From positions 1,366,001-1,430,000 of the forward strand of contig CM052817.1 in assembly GCA_028534125.1 (NCBI GenBank): a stretch of 64,000 nucleotides of DNA. The letters are read 5' to 3'. Positions 1 through 11,862 of the stretch are shown here, in pieces. Under the pieces are notes generated by a model, which worked only from the letters and a program-made list of their open reading frames with translations, made no database searches and was not told where the DNA came from. A program made the position numbers and the translations under genes. This DNA is from Lama glama (lineage: Eukaryota). How positions within the stretch are numbered: the first letter of the stretch is position 1; each line of letters begins with the position of its first letter.

Positions 1-402
1 TCTCAGAAGGGAGAGCGACCTCAGGGCATGGGGTTGCCGGGAGAGTGGGAGTGGCCTGGGGTTCAGGGATGTTTTGTTCTTATGGACTGGGTAATTTCAC
101 ATGCTAACGAGTGGGAGGACTAGTCCACCTCTTTGGGGGAAGGGGCAGGATTTCCAGGAATTGGGCCACTGCCTCCTTTTTGGTCACTTACGGTTTGCCT
201 GGGAACTGTCATGGTGCCTGGGGGTGTGTCATTCAGGATGCTGATATGTTACAATGAGTGTATAATGAGGCTCAAGTTCTACTGGAAAGTCGAATCTTCC
301 ACCATCTTGGGGTTAGTAGGTTCTGACCAGTTTTGGTCGCATCCTCAACGGCTGTTGTCATTCTTTTAATGGTTGTGCCCTGCCCCCTTCCTTCCTGTCT
401 CA
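1..402 (-). mobile_element. ERV1 LTR, MER41-like, truncated by the window start
   Basis: Blocks match recalled MER41: GGGGAAGGGG..TTCCAGGAA..CCTCCTTTTTGG, AACTGTCATGG, CCATCTTGG and terminal CCTGTCTCA (TG start on the minus strand at 402). Confidence 0.7.
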
Positions 403-2324
403 ATAGGAAAGAGCATGGAGTGGATGCCTGACACCCAGGGTACCTGAGGTAAAGTATGGTCAGTTTTGCTTTAAACACTTGTTGGAAGCGTGGATTAGTT
501 CCAGTGGGGTTGACACATTCAGGAGCCAGCTGAATATAGTGGGAATATTGAGTTTGGTGTGCAGAATTTTGTCCGTGAGAAATAGGTGAGTGTAGAAAAT
601 TGAACGCAGCTTAACCGAGCCACATAGACCGTAGACCGCATGCACCTCAAGCATCTCCCAGCTGTCTGGGTTGCCTGTGTGTGCTGTGAGGCACACCCTG
701 CACGTCTGATGTTACAGTGTTTGCCCTACTTCCCGAGAGCTCACAGGCCGCAAACCTGTTAGAGCGCCATAGTTACTGTGGTATATGTGTGTTTCTTAAC
801 CATTTGATTCATTGAACTGTGCTGCTGGGTTTCTTTTTAGCTTCCTACTGTGTGTGTGATTGACTGATTTTTTGAGTGTGGTACCCGTTTCCTCTTTCCC
901 GTAAGTCCTGAGCGTTTTTTGGCACTTTATGGGATTTTTGTTGGTTGGTTGGTTGGTTACTGTTTTGAGCTACCGTGTGGAGCCTTTTAACTTCCTCTGG
1001 CCCACTCACTGTTTCTCCTACTGCTCTCCTGCTTTTTGTATCTCTTAGAACATTCCCTTTATAATAAGTGCTTGCCGTCCTGGGAGCCAACGACTATTGA
1101 CTTAGCATTTTATTTCCTAGGAAGAGTTGAAGAGAGCCTGAATCCCACTGCCGAGATGAATGTCTGTAGCGAGCGGGGTCTGGCCAGCCCCCCAAGGCCG
1201 GCGTGCCCCGTCCGCCAGCTGGCCCGCTGCGCGCCTGCCTGAACTGGGAGGCCGTGTCCTGCTCAGAGCTGCCCTGGGCGCCGTGCTGTTTGAGACCAGT
1301 TCCCCTGAATGCAAAAGAAGGGGCTCCCGCTGTGGGGCACCGCTGCTTGGCTGCTCTCTGCTGTAGGTATAGGTTGGAGAACCACATTCTTAAGCTTTTG
1401 ACTTCCCCCTACCACCACGACCACGACCACCAGCACAGCCTGCCCCTTGTCTGATTGTAGTGGTTCTTGATTTACTTCACACACACACGCTCTATGTCAC
1501 CTGAGCCCAGGCTCGTGATTCAGTAGGAGCAGCTACGGTGATTAGCTTTCTGCTCGGGTGCCATCTGCGCAGGCCCCGCATGCCCGCCTCCTGTGAGTTT
1601 CAAATTGGGAGGTGGTTCATGGCTTCAGCAGCTGAGGTCAATTTACCCCACTGGCCTCTGGTATCTTTTCACCCCTGGTGAAATGGGTCCTTAGGTTTCC
1701 TTCATTATCTTACCCTTGCTCCTGGCTTCCAGCAATTGCCTTGTTGTATAACCAGCCCCTCAGAGCCCAGACCACCATGGCTGAAAGAACATTAGGGGCC
1801 AGAGAGGCGGAGAAGCCACCCAGCTTTGCTTCCATGCTGTCCCAGAGAAACCTTTCTGCAAAGGAGTAGTTACAGGACCAAGTAGCCAGCTTTTAACCTG
1901 CCAGAATTGGTTGGATTTGGCGTTTAATAAAGTCCCTTCCAGTTGTGAAGATCTTCCAGCGCAGTCACTGATGCACCCTCATCAGACACGGCTGTTGTAG
2001 AATTGAGGTGCCCCCGGGCTCCAGGGCTTTCGCTGGCAGAAGGGTCAGTCTAGTGTTTTGGGGGTAATTCATCATAATCCTGCATGTGAAACTTCAGAGA
2101 AATTCCTAAGAACAGCTGCACTGAGAAGAAGAGGAGCCAAGGTCCTCTTTGGCTGTTAGAGCCATAGGTGTGCCCTGGGGAGCCCAGGATGTTGGGGTGG
2201 GGGTGCTGAGGAGCCTGCTTCAGGGGGTCCCCTGCAGATGTTTCTGGGGCTGTGCCCACTGCAGAGCGTTTGTGAACACTTCATTACATCCTATTTAAAG
2301 TGTCTAGAATAATTTTAAAGTGGA

Positions 2325-2640
2325 CCGGTTGACCCACTTTGAGGTGTTCGTCGGCACTAAGTAAATTCACATTGTTGTGCAGACATCATCTACAGCACTT
2401 TTTTCATCTTCCCAGACAGGAACTCTGTCCATTACATGTTAACTCCCTGTTGCCCCTTCCGCCAGCCCCTGGCAATCACCGTTCTACTTTCTGTCTTTGA
2501 ATTTGATGTCTTGATACCTCATATGAGGAATTATGCAATATTTGCCCTTTTGTGTCTTATTTTACTGAGTATGTCTTCAGGGTTCATCCATGTTGCAGCA
2601 GGTGTCAGAATTTTCTTTTGAAGGCTGAATAATATTCTTT
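2325..2640 (-). mobile_element. Old L1 (L1MB-like) 3' end fragment
   Basis: Typical antisense L1 3'UTR motifs: CCCCTGGCAATCACCGTTCTACTTTCTGTC, GGTTCATCCATGTTGCAGCA, GGCTGAATAATATTC. Confidence 0.75.
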
Positions 2641-3661
2641 CCATTTTCACTGATTTTTTTCCATAGATTTTCAGAAAGCTCAACTTGCATTCTTAGTTCT
2701 GGACCCTTGCGTTTCAAGGCCTGAATCACAAACAAAAGTTACGGCATCTTTATACCCAGAGGGCTGTTCCTTTTCTCTAGTGGAAACACAAGGCAACCCT
2801 GATGAGTTCTTTGGGGAAGGAGCTTCCCTGAGTGACAGATCACCAAGCAGGTGTGAGGGCCCCTTGGCTCTGTGCTCATTTCAGGTGGTTTCATCAGGGT
2901 CCTAAGACAAATGCATGAAAGACCCATTGCTGTCTCTCCAAGCACAGCCCACGGCTTTCCGTTTCTGCCGAGTCCAGCCGTCTGGTTCCCGCAGAGCCTC
3001 GGGGGAGACCAGCGGCTGCTGAGCCTTCGTCAGGATTGAGTAACTGGGAGGCGCCGCCCCGCTGCCCAGCCTGGCTCTCCTGCTTCCTCTGAGCCTGCCC
3101 AGGAGTGATCAGCTGCGTCCTGCCGAGTCTTCTCTGCAGGCAGAGACGAACGAATTAAGCCCTCGTCCGCGTCTTCCTGGGCTGAGGGTTTGCTTTGGTC
3201 CTGCGCAGCACTTAGGCCTGTACGAAGAGCTCTGCTTTCTGGTCTCTGACAGCGGACATCTCTACTGCTTGCTTCACGGTTGTCTTTTCCCTTGAAACGT
3301 GTGCTCACGAGTGTCTGTTCTGTTTCCCCGGGGCAGTCCCTGTACATGGTCTCTGCATCAGGCAGCCCGTGGGCTTGCCGGCAGGGTGCTGGCGGCCTGT
3401 GGGCAGTGGCACTCCGCGCTGCCGTCCGCCCCGCAGGGCACCGCAGGGCAGGCGCTGGTCCCCACGTGGAGGGCGCACAGCTGAGGCGCGCCGCCAGATA
3501 CTCGTGCAGGGCGCTGGGCCCGTTGGCTAGGCTCGTGATTGCTGGCTGTGTGCGGGCACCCTCATCTGTGGAACAAGCGAGAGGCTCATGCTTTCCCCAG
3601 GTACTAAGGCGTGGCTGGTAACGTGACGGTGGCATCAAAGTTCTGTTTAAGAGTCTTTGAA

Positions 3662-3805
3662 GTTTTTTCTTTTTCTTTTGGGGGTGGGGTGGGGTAGGTA
3701 GTTAGGTTGGTCGGTCGGTTTGATTTTAAGGGAGGCGCTGGGATAGACCCCAGGACTTCCTGTTCGTTCAGCGTGCATTCTACCACTGAGCTCTACCCTC
3801 ACCCC
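3662..3805 (-). mobile_element. tRNA-Ala-derived SINE (camelid Vic-1-like)
   Basis: Minus strand reads AGCTCAGTGGTAGAATGCACGCTGAACGAACAGGAAGTCCTGGGGTCTATCCCAGCGCCTCC followed by an A-rich tail. Imperfect TSD AAGAGTCTTTGAA (3649-3661) / AAGAAGCTTTGAA (3806-3818). Confidence 0.85.
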
Positions 3806-6369
3806 AAGAAGCTTTGAAATGAAAGTTACTGGCAATTTTTGATGCTCACGCCCAGTTCCCTGGGAAGGCCGTTTTCCTGGGCACTGGTGCATTGCCAGTA
3901 GCCTTGGGCATGTTAGCATTCTTTACAAAAGCAGTCGGAAGGTACACAACAGTCTGTGAAGCATTCTTGCTCTTTAACACGTGTTCTGTAATTCTACTTT
4001 TGAAGTTCCATTTAGGGAATTGTTTAAATAACATGGGAGTGACTGTATGTTTATGGCTTAAAAAGGAGGAGACGTGAGGCAGACAGTTGGTACTAGCCAG
4101 TACCTTATCACTGGCTAGTAAGTTCTGTATACTGGTAAGTTGGCATTTCCCTGATGAAGTTTTGTAGGATTTAGGTTTTTCTCCACTTTTACCACATGAA
4201 GAGGCTGCCCTGGCCAGCTCATTCAAACTCACAGGAGCCTCTACTTCTGTCTCAGAATAGCCATTTGAAGGTTTACAGTGAGAGCTGCTTTATAACTGTT
4301 GCACAGAACGAGTGACCCGGTGAGTCTGCATATCATCTCCCGGTAGGAGAATTCACAAGGAGCAACCTTGGGACTCGGGTTGCTTGGGGAGTGTGGAGCC
4401 TGTGCCGCTGAGTTTGGTCTCAGATTTTCAGTGGGTGATGATGTCAACCTCGGATGTTGGGTGTGGTGTGAGGGCTCTGTGTGCCCCCGCGGGGCTAAGC
4501 TAAATGGGGCTGCTAATCCAAACGTCTCCTCAGGACATGCTGCAGGACACGCTGCAGAGTTGCTACTTCTTTCTGTTTCCGGTGCACCCCTGCCCGCCCC
4601 TTTTCTGCTGGCTTTTCCTATCTTGGCTCGTGGGAAAATCGAGGTGTGAGATACAGTGAGAGAATCCAGCTCCAGGTTAACACTGCCTAAGAGTCTGTGT
4701 CTAACCATTATGCGTGTGGAAATACACATGTAATCACATCCAAATAGACATACACACACATCTGAGTATGTGTGCCACACTCCTGGAGCTGGGGTGCTTC
4801 GTCATCTGTAGTGTCCGTAACAGCTTCCTGGGAAAAACGTCAGCCTCTGGCAGTAATGGAATGACTGAGCAGACCATTCAGTCTCCAGGAACACAAGGTA
4901 CCCACCTCCCCAACTACTGCTTCCCATCCAGTCGGTCACCTCACTTCTCACCCTCTGCCTCGGCCTCCGAGCCACACAGCTTTCTCCTTGCCTGGATCAC
5001 TTTGAGTCTCCACGTGGGTCTGCATTCTGACTTGTTCAGTCTCTGCTTGGCCCCCAGCACACAGGTGGCGCAGTCTAAGAGCACCTCTGTCTGAACCCCT
5101 GGCCTCTCTGTCCCCATGCTGGTCTGCTGGAAATGCCTCCCATCTTCTCACCTCCATTCTCTGGTCAGTTCAGCCCTTTGGTAGCTTTCTCTTCAGGCCA
5201 GCCTTCCAACTTCTTATGTTCTCTGACCCCTGACCCTTAACTATTCCTAACAGAAGAGAAGAGAATAGATACGGAACAAATTGCTGCATTGCTTTGGGCC
5301 TGGGAGGGCTTGGAACCACCTGCAGAGTGAGGAAGCTCCAGGGAAGCAGCCGCCAGGGCTGCGGGGGGCTGGTTTGGAGAGCAGGGAGGGTGCGTGGGAG
5401 GAGTGGGGGCGCCTGCGGGACAGCCCCAGGACCTGTGTCTAACGACCGTATTTGAAAGCCTGAAAAGTAACCAAGTAGGAGGCAAGAAGCTTATGGAATA
5501 TCCAGAGGATGTGCACTGAATTGTTTCTCTTTGCTTCTCAGACAGATCTCGCCATCATCTGTGGGTGACATTTTTATCAACTTCTTCTCAATTCTGAGAC
5601 TCCATTGAGAGAACTTTTCCCCAGAAGAGCTACATCATAGGTGTACACACAAACCTAAGCTGCTCCGTGTGATTAGAAGCACGGAGGTGGTGTTAGAGTC
5701 AGGAGGTGTGGCGCGTCTGGGACTGTCGTGCCATCTGGTCCTGAGGGGCCTGAGGGGCGGCTGAGGAGCCGTCTTCTGTTCGGAGTGGGTGGGCCATCTT
5801 CACGGCGGGCACAGGGTTGCTTCGGGGGGCATCCACACCATTCCTGGGTGCAAGCACCTGTGGCCTGGGGTGCGCCGGCCTGAGGGCTGCATGCCAGCTG
5901 CCAGCCTGTGTGTGGAGGGGTGCACGGTGCAGAGGTGCTCTGACCTCTCAGGGTCAGAGTGCACAGTGGGGTGTGGGGGGGCGTGGAGGGAAGCAGACCC
6001 CAGGTGCTGGAGAAAGAGCCTCAGCTGGCCGGGTAGTCCTTTTAATGAGGCTTCTGGAAAACCTCCTCTGGCCGCCCCTTGCCCTCCTGGTTCCTTTTGC
6101 ACTCAGCTCATGCCCCAGTTACAGCACCTGAGCTGCCTGCCAGCACCCATCCCCCGACCCCAAGCTGGTGGCTGCATCTGTTCCTGACTGTATTCCCAGG
6201 GCAGGGAAACATGCAGCCCGTTGGCTCTTGTAAAGCTGGGTTGGGTGCGGCATTACATGGCATTCTGGGGCTTGAGCACAGGGGTAGAGCTGTGCACGGG
6301 GTGCACCTGGAGAGACTGCTTCTCATTTGCTGCTTTTTTACAAGGCAGTGATGCCCGCCCCCAGGCAGC

Positions 6370-6530
6370 GCTGTCCCAAGTGCTCTGCATTCATTCCTTT
6401 AGTCCTCACACACCCCTTGAGGTGGGCACTGTCTTGTTTTCTAGGTAAAGAAACTGGGCACAAGGAAGCTCAGTGCCTCCCCCAAGGTCACAAGGGTTTT
6501 GTAGAGGCCTGGCTCCTGTCCAGGCTGTCT
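6370..6530 (-). mobile_element. MIR SINE fragment
   Basis: MIR core-like TAGTCCTCACACACCCCTTGAGGTGGG..GGTAAAGAAACTGGGCAC..CCCAAGGTCACA. Confidence 0.65.
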
Positions 6531-6787
6531 GGTTCTGGAGATGTGCTCTGACTGGAAGGCCACACTTAGGAGGTAGGACTTGATGGGGAGCCAAGGAAAG
6601 GCTTGGGGGGGCCGGTTGTATATTTTAGATACATCAGCAGTAGGGTGGAAGGGTACCAGGAGATGGGAGATCTTTTGGAGGAGGCAGGGTACTGTGGATG
6701 AGAAGAGAATGGTCTTGCCATTTCTGCTCCATCAGCCTCTCTCAGATATGACTGTCTCTCTACAGCTCCGAGGCCCCTGTCCTAGAC

Positions 6788-6950
6788 CAGTGGTTCTTGT
6801 GGTGTGGCCTTGGGAGCAACACCATCATCATTGCCTAGAAACTTGTTAGAAATGCAAAACCTGAGCTCGGTCCCCCAGCCCTGCTGAGTCAGAAACTAGT
6901 TCAACAAGCCCCCCAGGGAGCGGGTGCAGACTCAGCTCTGAGAACCACTG
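6788..6950. mobile_element. MER5A hAT-Charlie MITE
   Basis: Terminal inverted repeats CAGTGGTTCT / AGAACCACTG; internal GAAACTTGTTAGAAATGCAAA and GAGTCAGAAACT are typical of MER5A. Confidence 0.85.
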
Positions 6951-8342
6951 CCCACGTCCAGGCCACCGTCTCCGGGACTGGGTGGCCACTGAGCCTTCTC
7001 TTCGCTCTGACTCTCCCCTGCCCCCTCAGTCTTGCTGGGTCCCTGCGCCCGGGCTTCCCCCACTGGAAGCCCCTTCTACTTTGGGTACACCCTGACACCT
7101 GGCTGCACATTTTTGCTTCTCATTTGCTGCTTTATCCCATCTCTGAACACTGATGTACTGTGGTTAGATGGCACTTTTCATTGGCTCCTGAATGAAATCC
7201 AGGGGCCTCCATTCTCCAGCAACCTCTGCACCTGCTGCTTTCTCTGCGCCTCCTGGAACCTGTTTGGCTTCCTGATCCAGTTTCTTGGTTCTTCTCCACT
7301 CATCTGTTGACAGAGACAGAAGTCTTAGCTGGGCACACAGGGTGAATCAGGGTCGGTGGCTCTCTTAAATTATCATCTCCTCCAGAGGGTGACAGTTACG
7401 TCATGGGAAGAGCCGGAGGCTCTGGGTTTTGCTCTGGCCTCGGAAGCTCTGCTCCTTCCTGGTTGAGAGGAGTTGGTGAGGGCCTGTGTGGCAGTTCTGA
7501 TTCTCCTGTCTTTCCCCAGCAGCTGGCACAGGCCTCTGTAAGGGTTTCTTTTTTCCATTGTTGGGGGGATCCGTTTGTTTATTGATCTCCTGATCACTCC
7601 AGAGAGGATTCAGGATGGGAGGGGCTTTCCAATCACCTGCCCTCCCAGGTGGCAGGAGCCTCAACACGTGCAGTGAGGCTCTGTGGTCACTGTGTCCTGG
7701 GAAGCCGTGGGCTGTGGGGTCCTCAGCCTTGCAGTCAGGATAACGGAGCAGTAGTTTTCCTAAGCCTGAGTGAGAGAAGCGGCCTCCACAGGTTGTGAAC
7801 AAGGTTCAGAATTTCCCCTTTCATAACAGAGACCAGGGATCTTTCCCCACATCCTGCTCCCCCACTGGGTCGTGGATTGTCACACCACTCAAGCTGGCTG
7901 CCTGGCAGGGTTTCACCAGAGCGAATCATGCAGTGATGAGGCTGGAGCCCTGCCACTTGCAGTCTGTCTCCTAGCACAGCCTGGGGATGAGGGCGCAAGC
8001 TCGGCTGAGAGCCAGAGCCCATGTCAGGACTGTGCCCCGCAGGGGTGAGTCCAGACAGGCAGGGAGGGGCCGTGGGCTGAGGACTATCTGCGAGGGTTTT
8101 GACAGCCAGGAAGGAGGGCAGGAGGTGGCATCCTGGTTCCAGTTGCTGGCTTTGGGATCGGACAGTCCTGTGTTCTACAAGAATGCTTGCTTCCTGAGAA
8201 AACGTGGGTTAAGGGCATAAATTACATGAAGTATTCAGCAAAGCATCCAGCTGACAGAAAGGACCAGTGAATGGCTGCACTGAGCTCTGTTGTCAGCGAT
8301 GTGGGTGGCAGCGTTTATTGACTTGATGTCTTTGTTTTTCAG

Positions 8343-8495
8343 GACTTGAAGATACTGGAAGTCTCTTTGGCTTCAACTTCCTGTGCTAGCCAGAGGATGA
8401 GTAGCCAACAGGCGTGACAGGCTGGAGTGTTTGGCTTCCCTGCAAGTCCTGGTGCAGAGCCCTTCCTTGTCTGTAGGTTGGAACCAAAGAGCATA
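8343..8495 (+). other. RNF4: RNF4 5'UTR part of the first coding exon
   Basis: Acceptor TTTGTTTTTCAG|GACTTGAAGATACTGG; the sequence resembles the recalled human RNF4 leader up to CCAAAGAGCATAATG. Confidence 0.8.
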
Positions 8496-8504
8496 ATGAG
8501 TACG
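8496..8504 (+). CDS. RNF4: RNF4 first coding segment (MST)
   Basis: ATG AGT ACG followed by donor GTGAGT; joins in phase 0 to RKRRGG, giving the RNF4 N-terminus MSTRKRRGG. Confidence 0.92.
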
Positions 8505-9317
8505 GTGAGTTTGATTCTATAAGCTCATGAATTTTATTTTTTAAGGCTGAACAACGACTTTATTCCTTATGCACATGAGTGAGAGTACCATAAAGGTGCT
8601 TCTAAGTAATCCTGGTTCTTGAAGGGGTGTGTAGAGAGCCTTCTATAGTATCGCCAATCTGCTTGTCTGCAGTTGGAATCCGGTATTTTGCATGGTGCCC
8701 TAAGGACAGAAAGGTGAGAAGGATGGCTGAGGGTTTAGGAGTTTTGTGTCTCCAGAGCAGCTTCAGCGTTCTAGAAATGTTAGGCCTCTGGTTTGTCTAA
8801 TCATTGACCGTCCAGTTGTCCGTTTTCCCTGTGCAGCTTTTGGCCCATTGTGAGTGCAGCGGTAATAATCCTTGGCGAGTTTTCTCGTAGTCTGTGACCA
8901 AAGTTGGTAGATCACTAGCTGCTGTTCAGAGCTTTCATCAGACTGCAGAGGCAGCTCTGGTTTGGTGTAACCCAGATGTCACCTGGAGCCCCCTGAGTCC
9001 AGAGGTTGCCTGAAGGTTCCCCTCCCCAGTTTACTCCCTACTAACAAGGTTGCTCATGTAATCTAAACTCAAAACAGCTGTTTTCTGCATTCACATCGGG
9101 TGAAACAGATGTGAAAAGGCCTCATACCCTCTTTCCAGTTTCTAGCGGTGCTGTGAGGAGTGGTGTCGGGAAGGTGGGGGCAGAAGGCTGAACAACAGTT
9201 CCCAGGGTGACCAGTGATGGAAATCCTGTGGATTCTGTTCCCTGGCCCCCACTGTGTTCCAGGCCTACTGTCGATATTCTTACACAAAAAGTCCTCTTTC
9301 CCTGGACCTACCCTTTT

Positions 9318-9444
9318 ATTACATTATTTTATTGGCAGGGTGGGTAATTAGGCTTCATTACTTATTTTCAGAGGAGGTTCTGGGAATTGAACCCAGGACC
9401 TTGCACATGCTAAGCATGCATGCTGCCACTGAGCTATACCCTCC
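9318..9444 (-). mobile_element. tRNA-Ala-derived SINE (Vic-1-like)
   Basis: Minus strand reads GGGTATAGCTCAGTGGCAGCATGCATGCTTAGCATGTGCAAGGTCCTGGGTTCAATTCCCAGAACCTCC; 17-bp TSD CCTGGACCT(A/G)CCCTTTT at 9301-9317 and 9445-9461. Confidence 0.9.
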
Positions 9445-11747
9445 CCTGGACCTGCCCTTTTAAAAGGCAGATGACCTCCCACCTTGGCCCTTAGTTGCCG
9501 GCTGCCACTGCAGTTCCCCTAAAGGGAAACGTGTCCTAAGCTTGGGCACCTCACCTCTGAAGCCCACACTGGCCCAGGCAGGATCTGGACACATAGAGCA
9601 GTGTAGCCTCTTGCATGAGTGTGTGAAGAAGTTGGTTAAAATTCCTTAGGGTGGCGTGTATGACTTAGGTGGTAGTGATCAAGTGGTCAGTGTTAACTGA
9701 AAGCTGTGCACCTCTGAGGGCTCTGCTGGGAAGGAAGGGGAGAGCTGTGCCAAGACGAGGAGGCCCATGGAGGGGGTCTTTGCAAATCTGTTAGGGTTTC
9801 TTGAGCCTGGTCCTGTCTTAACAGCCACCTCCTCCCTGCCCTCCAGGAGTCCCGGTGGAAGAGGAGGTGGAACAGCTGTGCAGGGGGCTGCTTCTGTGTG
9901 TGTAGGGCGGAGGGGTGGTCATGAGATGATCAGCAGGAGAGATGAGGGCTCTCCTCACAATGAAGGAGACAGTTGAGTGGGCTCCTGACAGCTGTGTCAG
10001 AAGTGCCTGGTGAGGAAGGGGAGTCCAGGCTGGGAAGAGTGCCTGGGGAAAGGCATGGAGAGGCTGCAGGAGCAGCCTGGGAAGGACTGCTGTTGGGGGG
10101 GGGGGCGGGTTGGCAGGACACACCAGTGCAGTGACAGCAGCAGGGTTTTTAGGGTTCAGCTCCTGGACTTTGGCCCAGACCCACGGCTGCCTCTCACTCC
10201 CTCACGGAGAAGCCACCCAGGAACTGTGGTGGGGTGTGAAGGGTTCTGTTCAGCAGTGTCTGCTGAGAAAGATTTGGTCCTTTTCAGAGGAGAGAAGATA
10301 CAAGAACAGCTTTCAAGAGAATGGGGTGAAGGTGAAGGAGCCCTGGGTCATCTGGTAGTTGCTGGGAAAGGCCGTAAGCACCAGGCAGTAAGGAGACTGT
10401 GCCGCGGCCACGGGCCAGCTCCCTGGGGGGACGGAGCGGCTCCTTCCTGGAGAGTCGGAGTGGCCGCTGCCGCTTGCCACTGGGCCCTCCTGGGCTTCCC
10501 TGTTCTTAGGTCCAGGGAAAGCTGCTGAACCCGGCTATGCTTCCGAAACTCCGGGGAAGTGTCTGTTTGATAGAGAGCACCAGGCAGAACAGACAGAATC
10601 GGGCTTTTTCTCCGTTGCCTTGCGAGGGTCGGGTCGGGTGACGGGTGCTCCTGGGCCTTGCGCAGGTCTAACGGGTGATCACTGGTCCTCCCAGCTTCCA
10701 GGGATGCCTGATAAGGCCCATAAGGAATTAGGGTAGTGATGACATCTTCTAAGAATGTTTAGGGCTCTGCACACATTACAGCGCCCAGTCCCGAGGGGAA
10801 CTCTGCGAGGCTGGTGCTGGTGAGGGGGTTTAGACTCAGTACTCACGGGACTGCCGCACGTCGCCCAGCGTGAAGCGGAACAGGCCCAGTGCCCGGAGGA
10901 GCAGCGCCGGGTTGAGGGGAGAAGAGACCCTGAAGCCCAGGGGCCAGCGTTGGCTGGGTGCGCACAGGGTGGGAATAAGAGGCTGCAGGTCTGTGGGGGA
11001 GGTTGTCTCCTGAGGAAGGGTGCAGGGGCAGGACCTCACCACATCTGTCAGAGCCAGCCGGCCCAGAAGTGCTGGAAGGTGTGGGCAGCCGGGTAGCTGA
11101 GGGTGCGGGGGGCAGGCTGGCACAGCGCCTGGACGCAGACAGGCCACTTAATAGCCTGAGTTCTCTGGAAGGCGTGGCTCTCGGGCCACCACTAAGAACA
11201 GCTCTTTTAGAAAACTTTGGTTCCTGGAGCCATGGGGGTGGTTGTTACAGGGTAAACCACAACTTGGTAGTATTCTAGAGGGCGAGAGGCCAGGAAACTT
11301 AACCAGAGAAAGCCCTGCTTTTCACAGTGGGTGGACAGCTGGGAAAGTGAAGGTCTTTGGGCTGAAAAACAAAAAGAGCTCAATGAGGCCAAACACAAAC
11401 ACAAGGGAGGTGGGCCTGCGGCTCCCTGTCAGAAGAAAGGGCTTCTGGCCATCCCAGCCAGGACCAGAGGCTTCCACGGACTTGTGCGTCACATGCTGTC
11501 GCTAGTCTGATGCGATGGAAGTTTTACTTTACAGAATTTGTATTCACTGTATGTTCTGCACGATCTCTGTCTAAACATTCAGTGTTCTAGAATCTCAAGT
11601 TCTGAGAGGACCCCGACCTCAGGTCTGCTCGCTGGCCTCCTGTTCTCAGTGAGGTGAACCATTCCCATGGTGACCTTTTTTATTCTTGCTGGAATCTTGA
11701 TGGTCAGAAGCTCGTGTGACTGTTCCTTTTCCTCTGGATGCCCTCAG

Positions 11748-11862
11748 AGAAAGCGTCGCGGGGGGACAGTGAGTTCTAGACAAGCCCAGAAGCGAGCTCG
11801 AGAAGCGGCCTCCGCCCCGGAGATGGCTTCGGAGGCGGACCCCATAGAGCTTGTGGAAAGCG
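11748..11862 (+). CDS. RNF4: RNF4 coding exon (basic N-terminal region and SIM1)
   Basis: CAG|AGAAAG ... AGCG|GTAAGG, 115 nt, encodes RKRRGGTVSSRQAQKRAREAASAPEMASEADPIELVES plus a split codon. Confidence 0.96.

Noticed and set aside
1411..1436. His/Asp-like short repeat ACCACCACGACCACGACCACCAGCAC
   Set aside because: Short degenerate intronic microsatellite with no exon signals.
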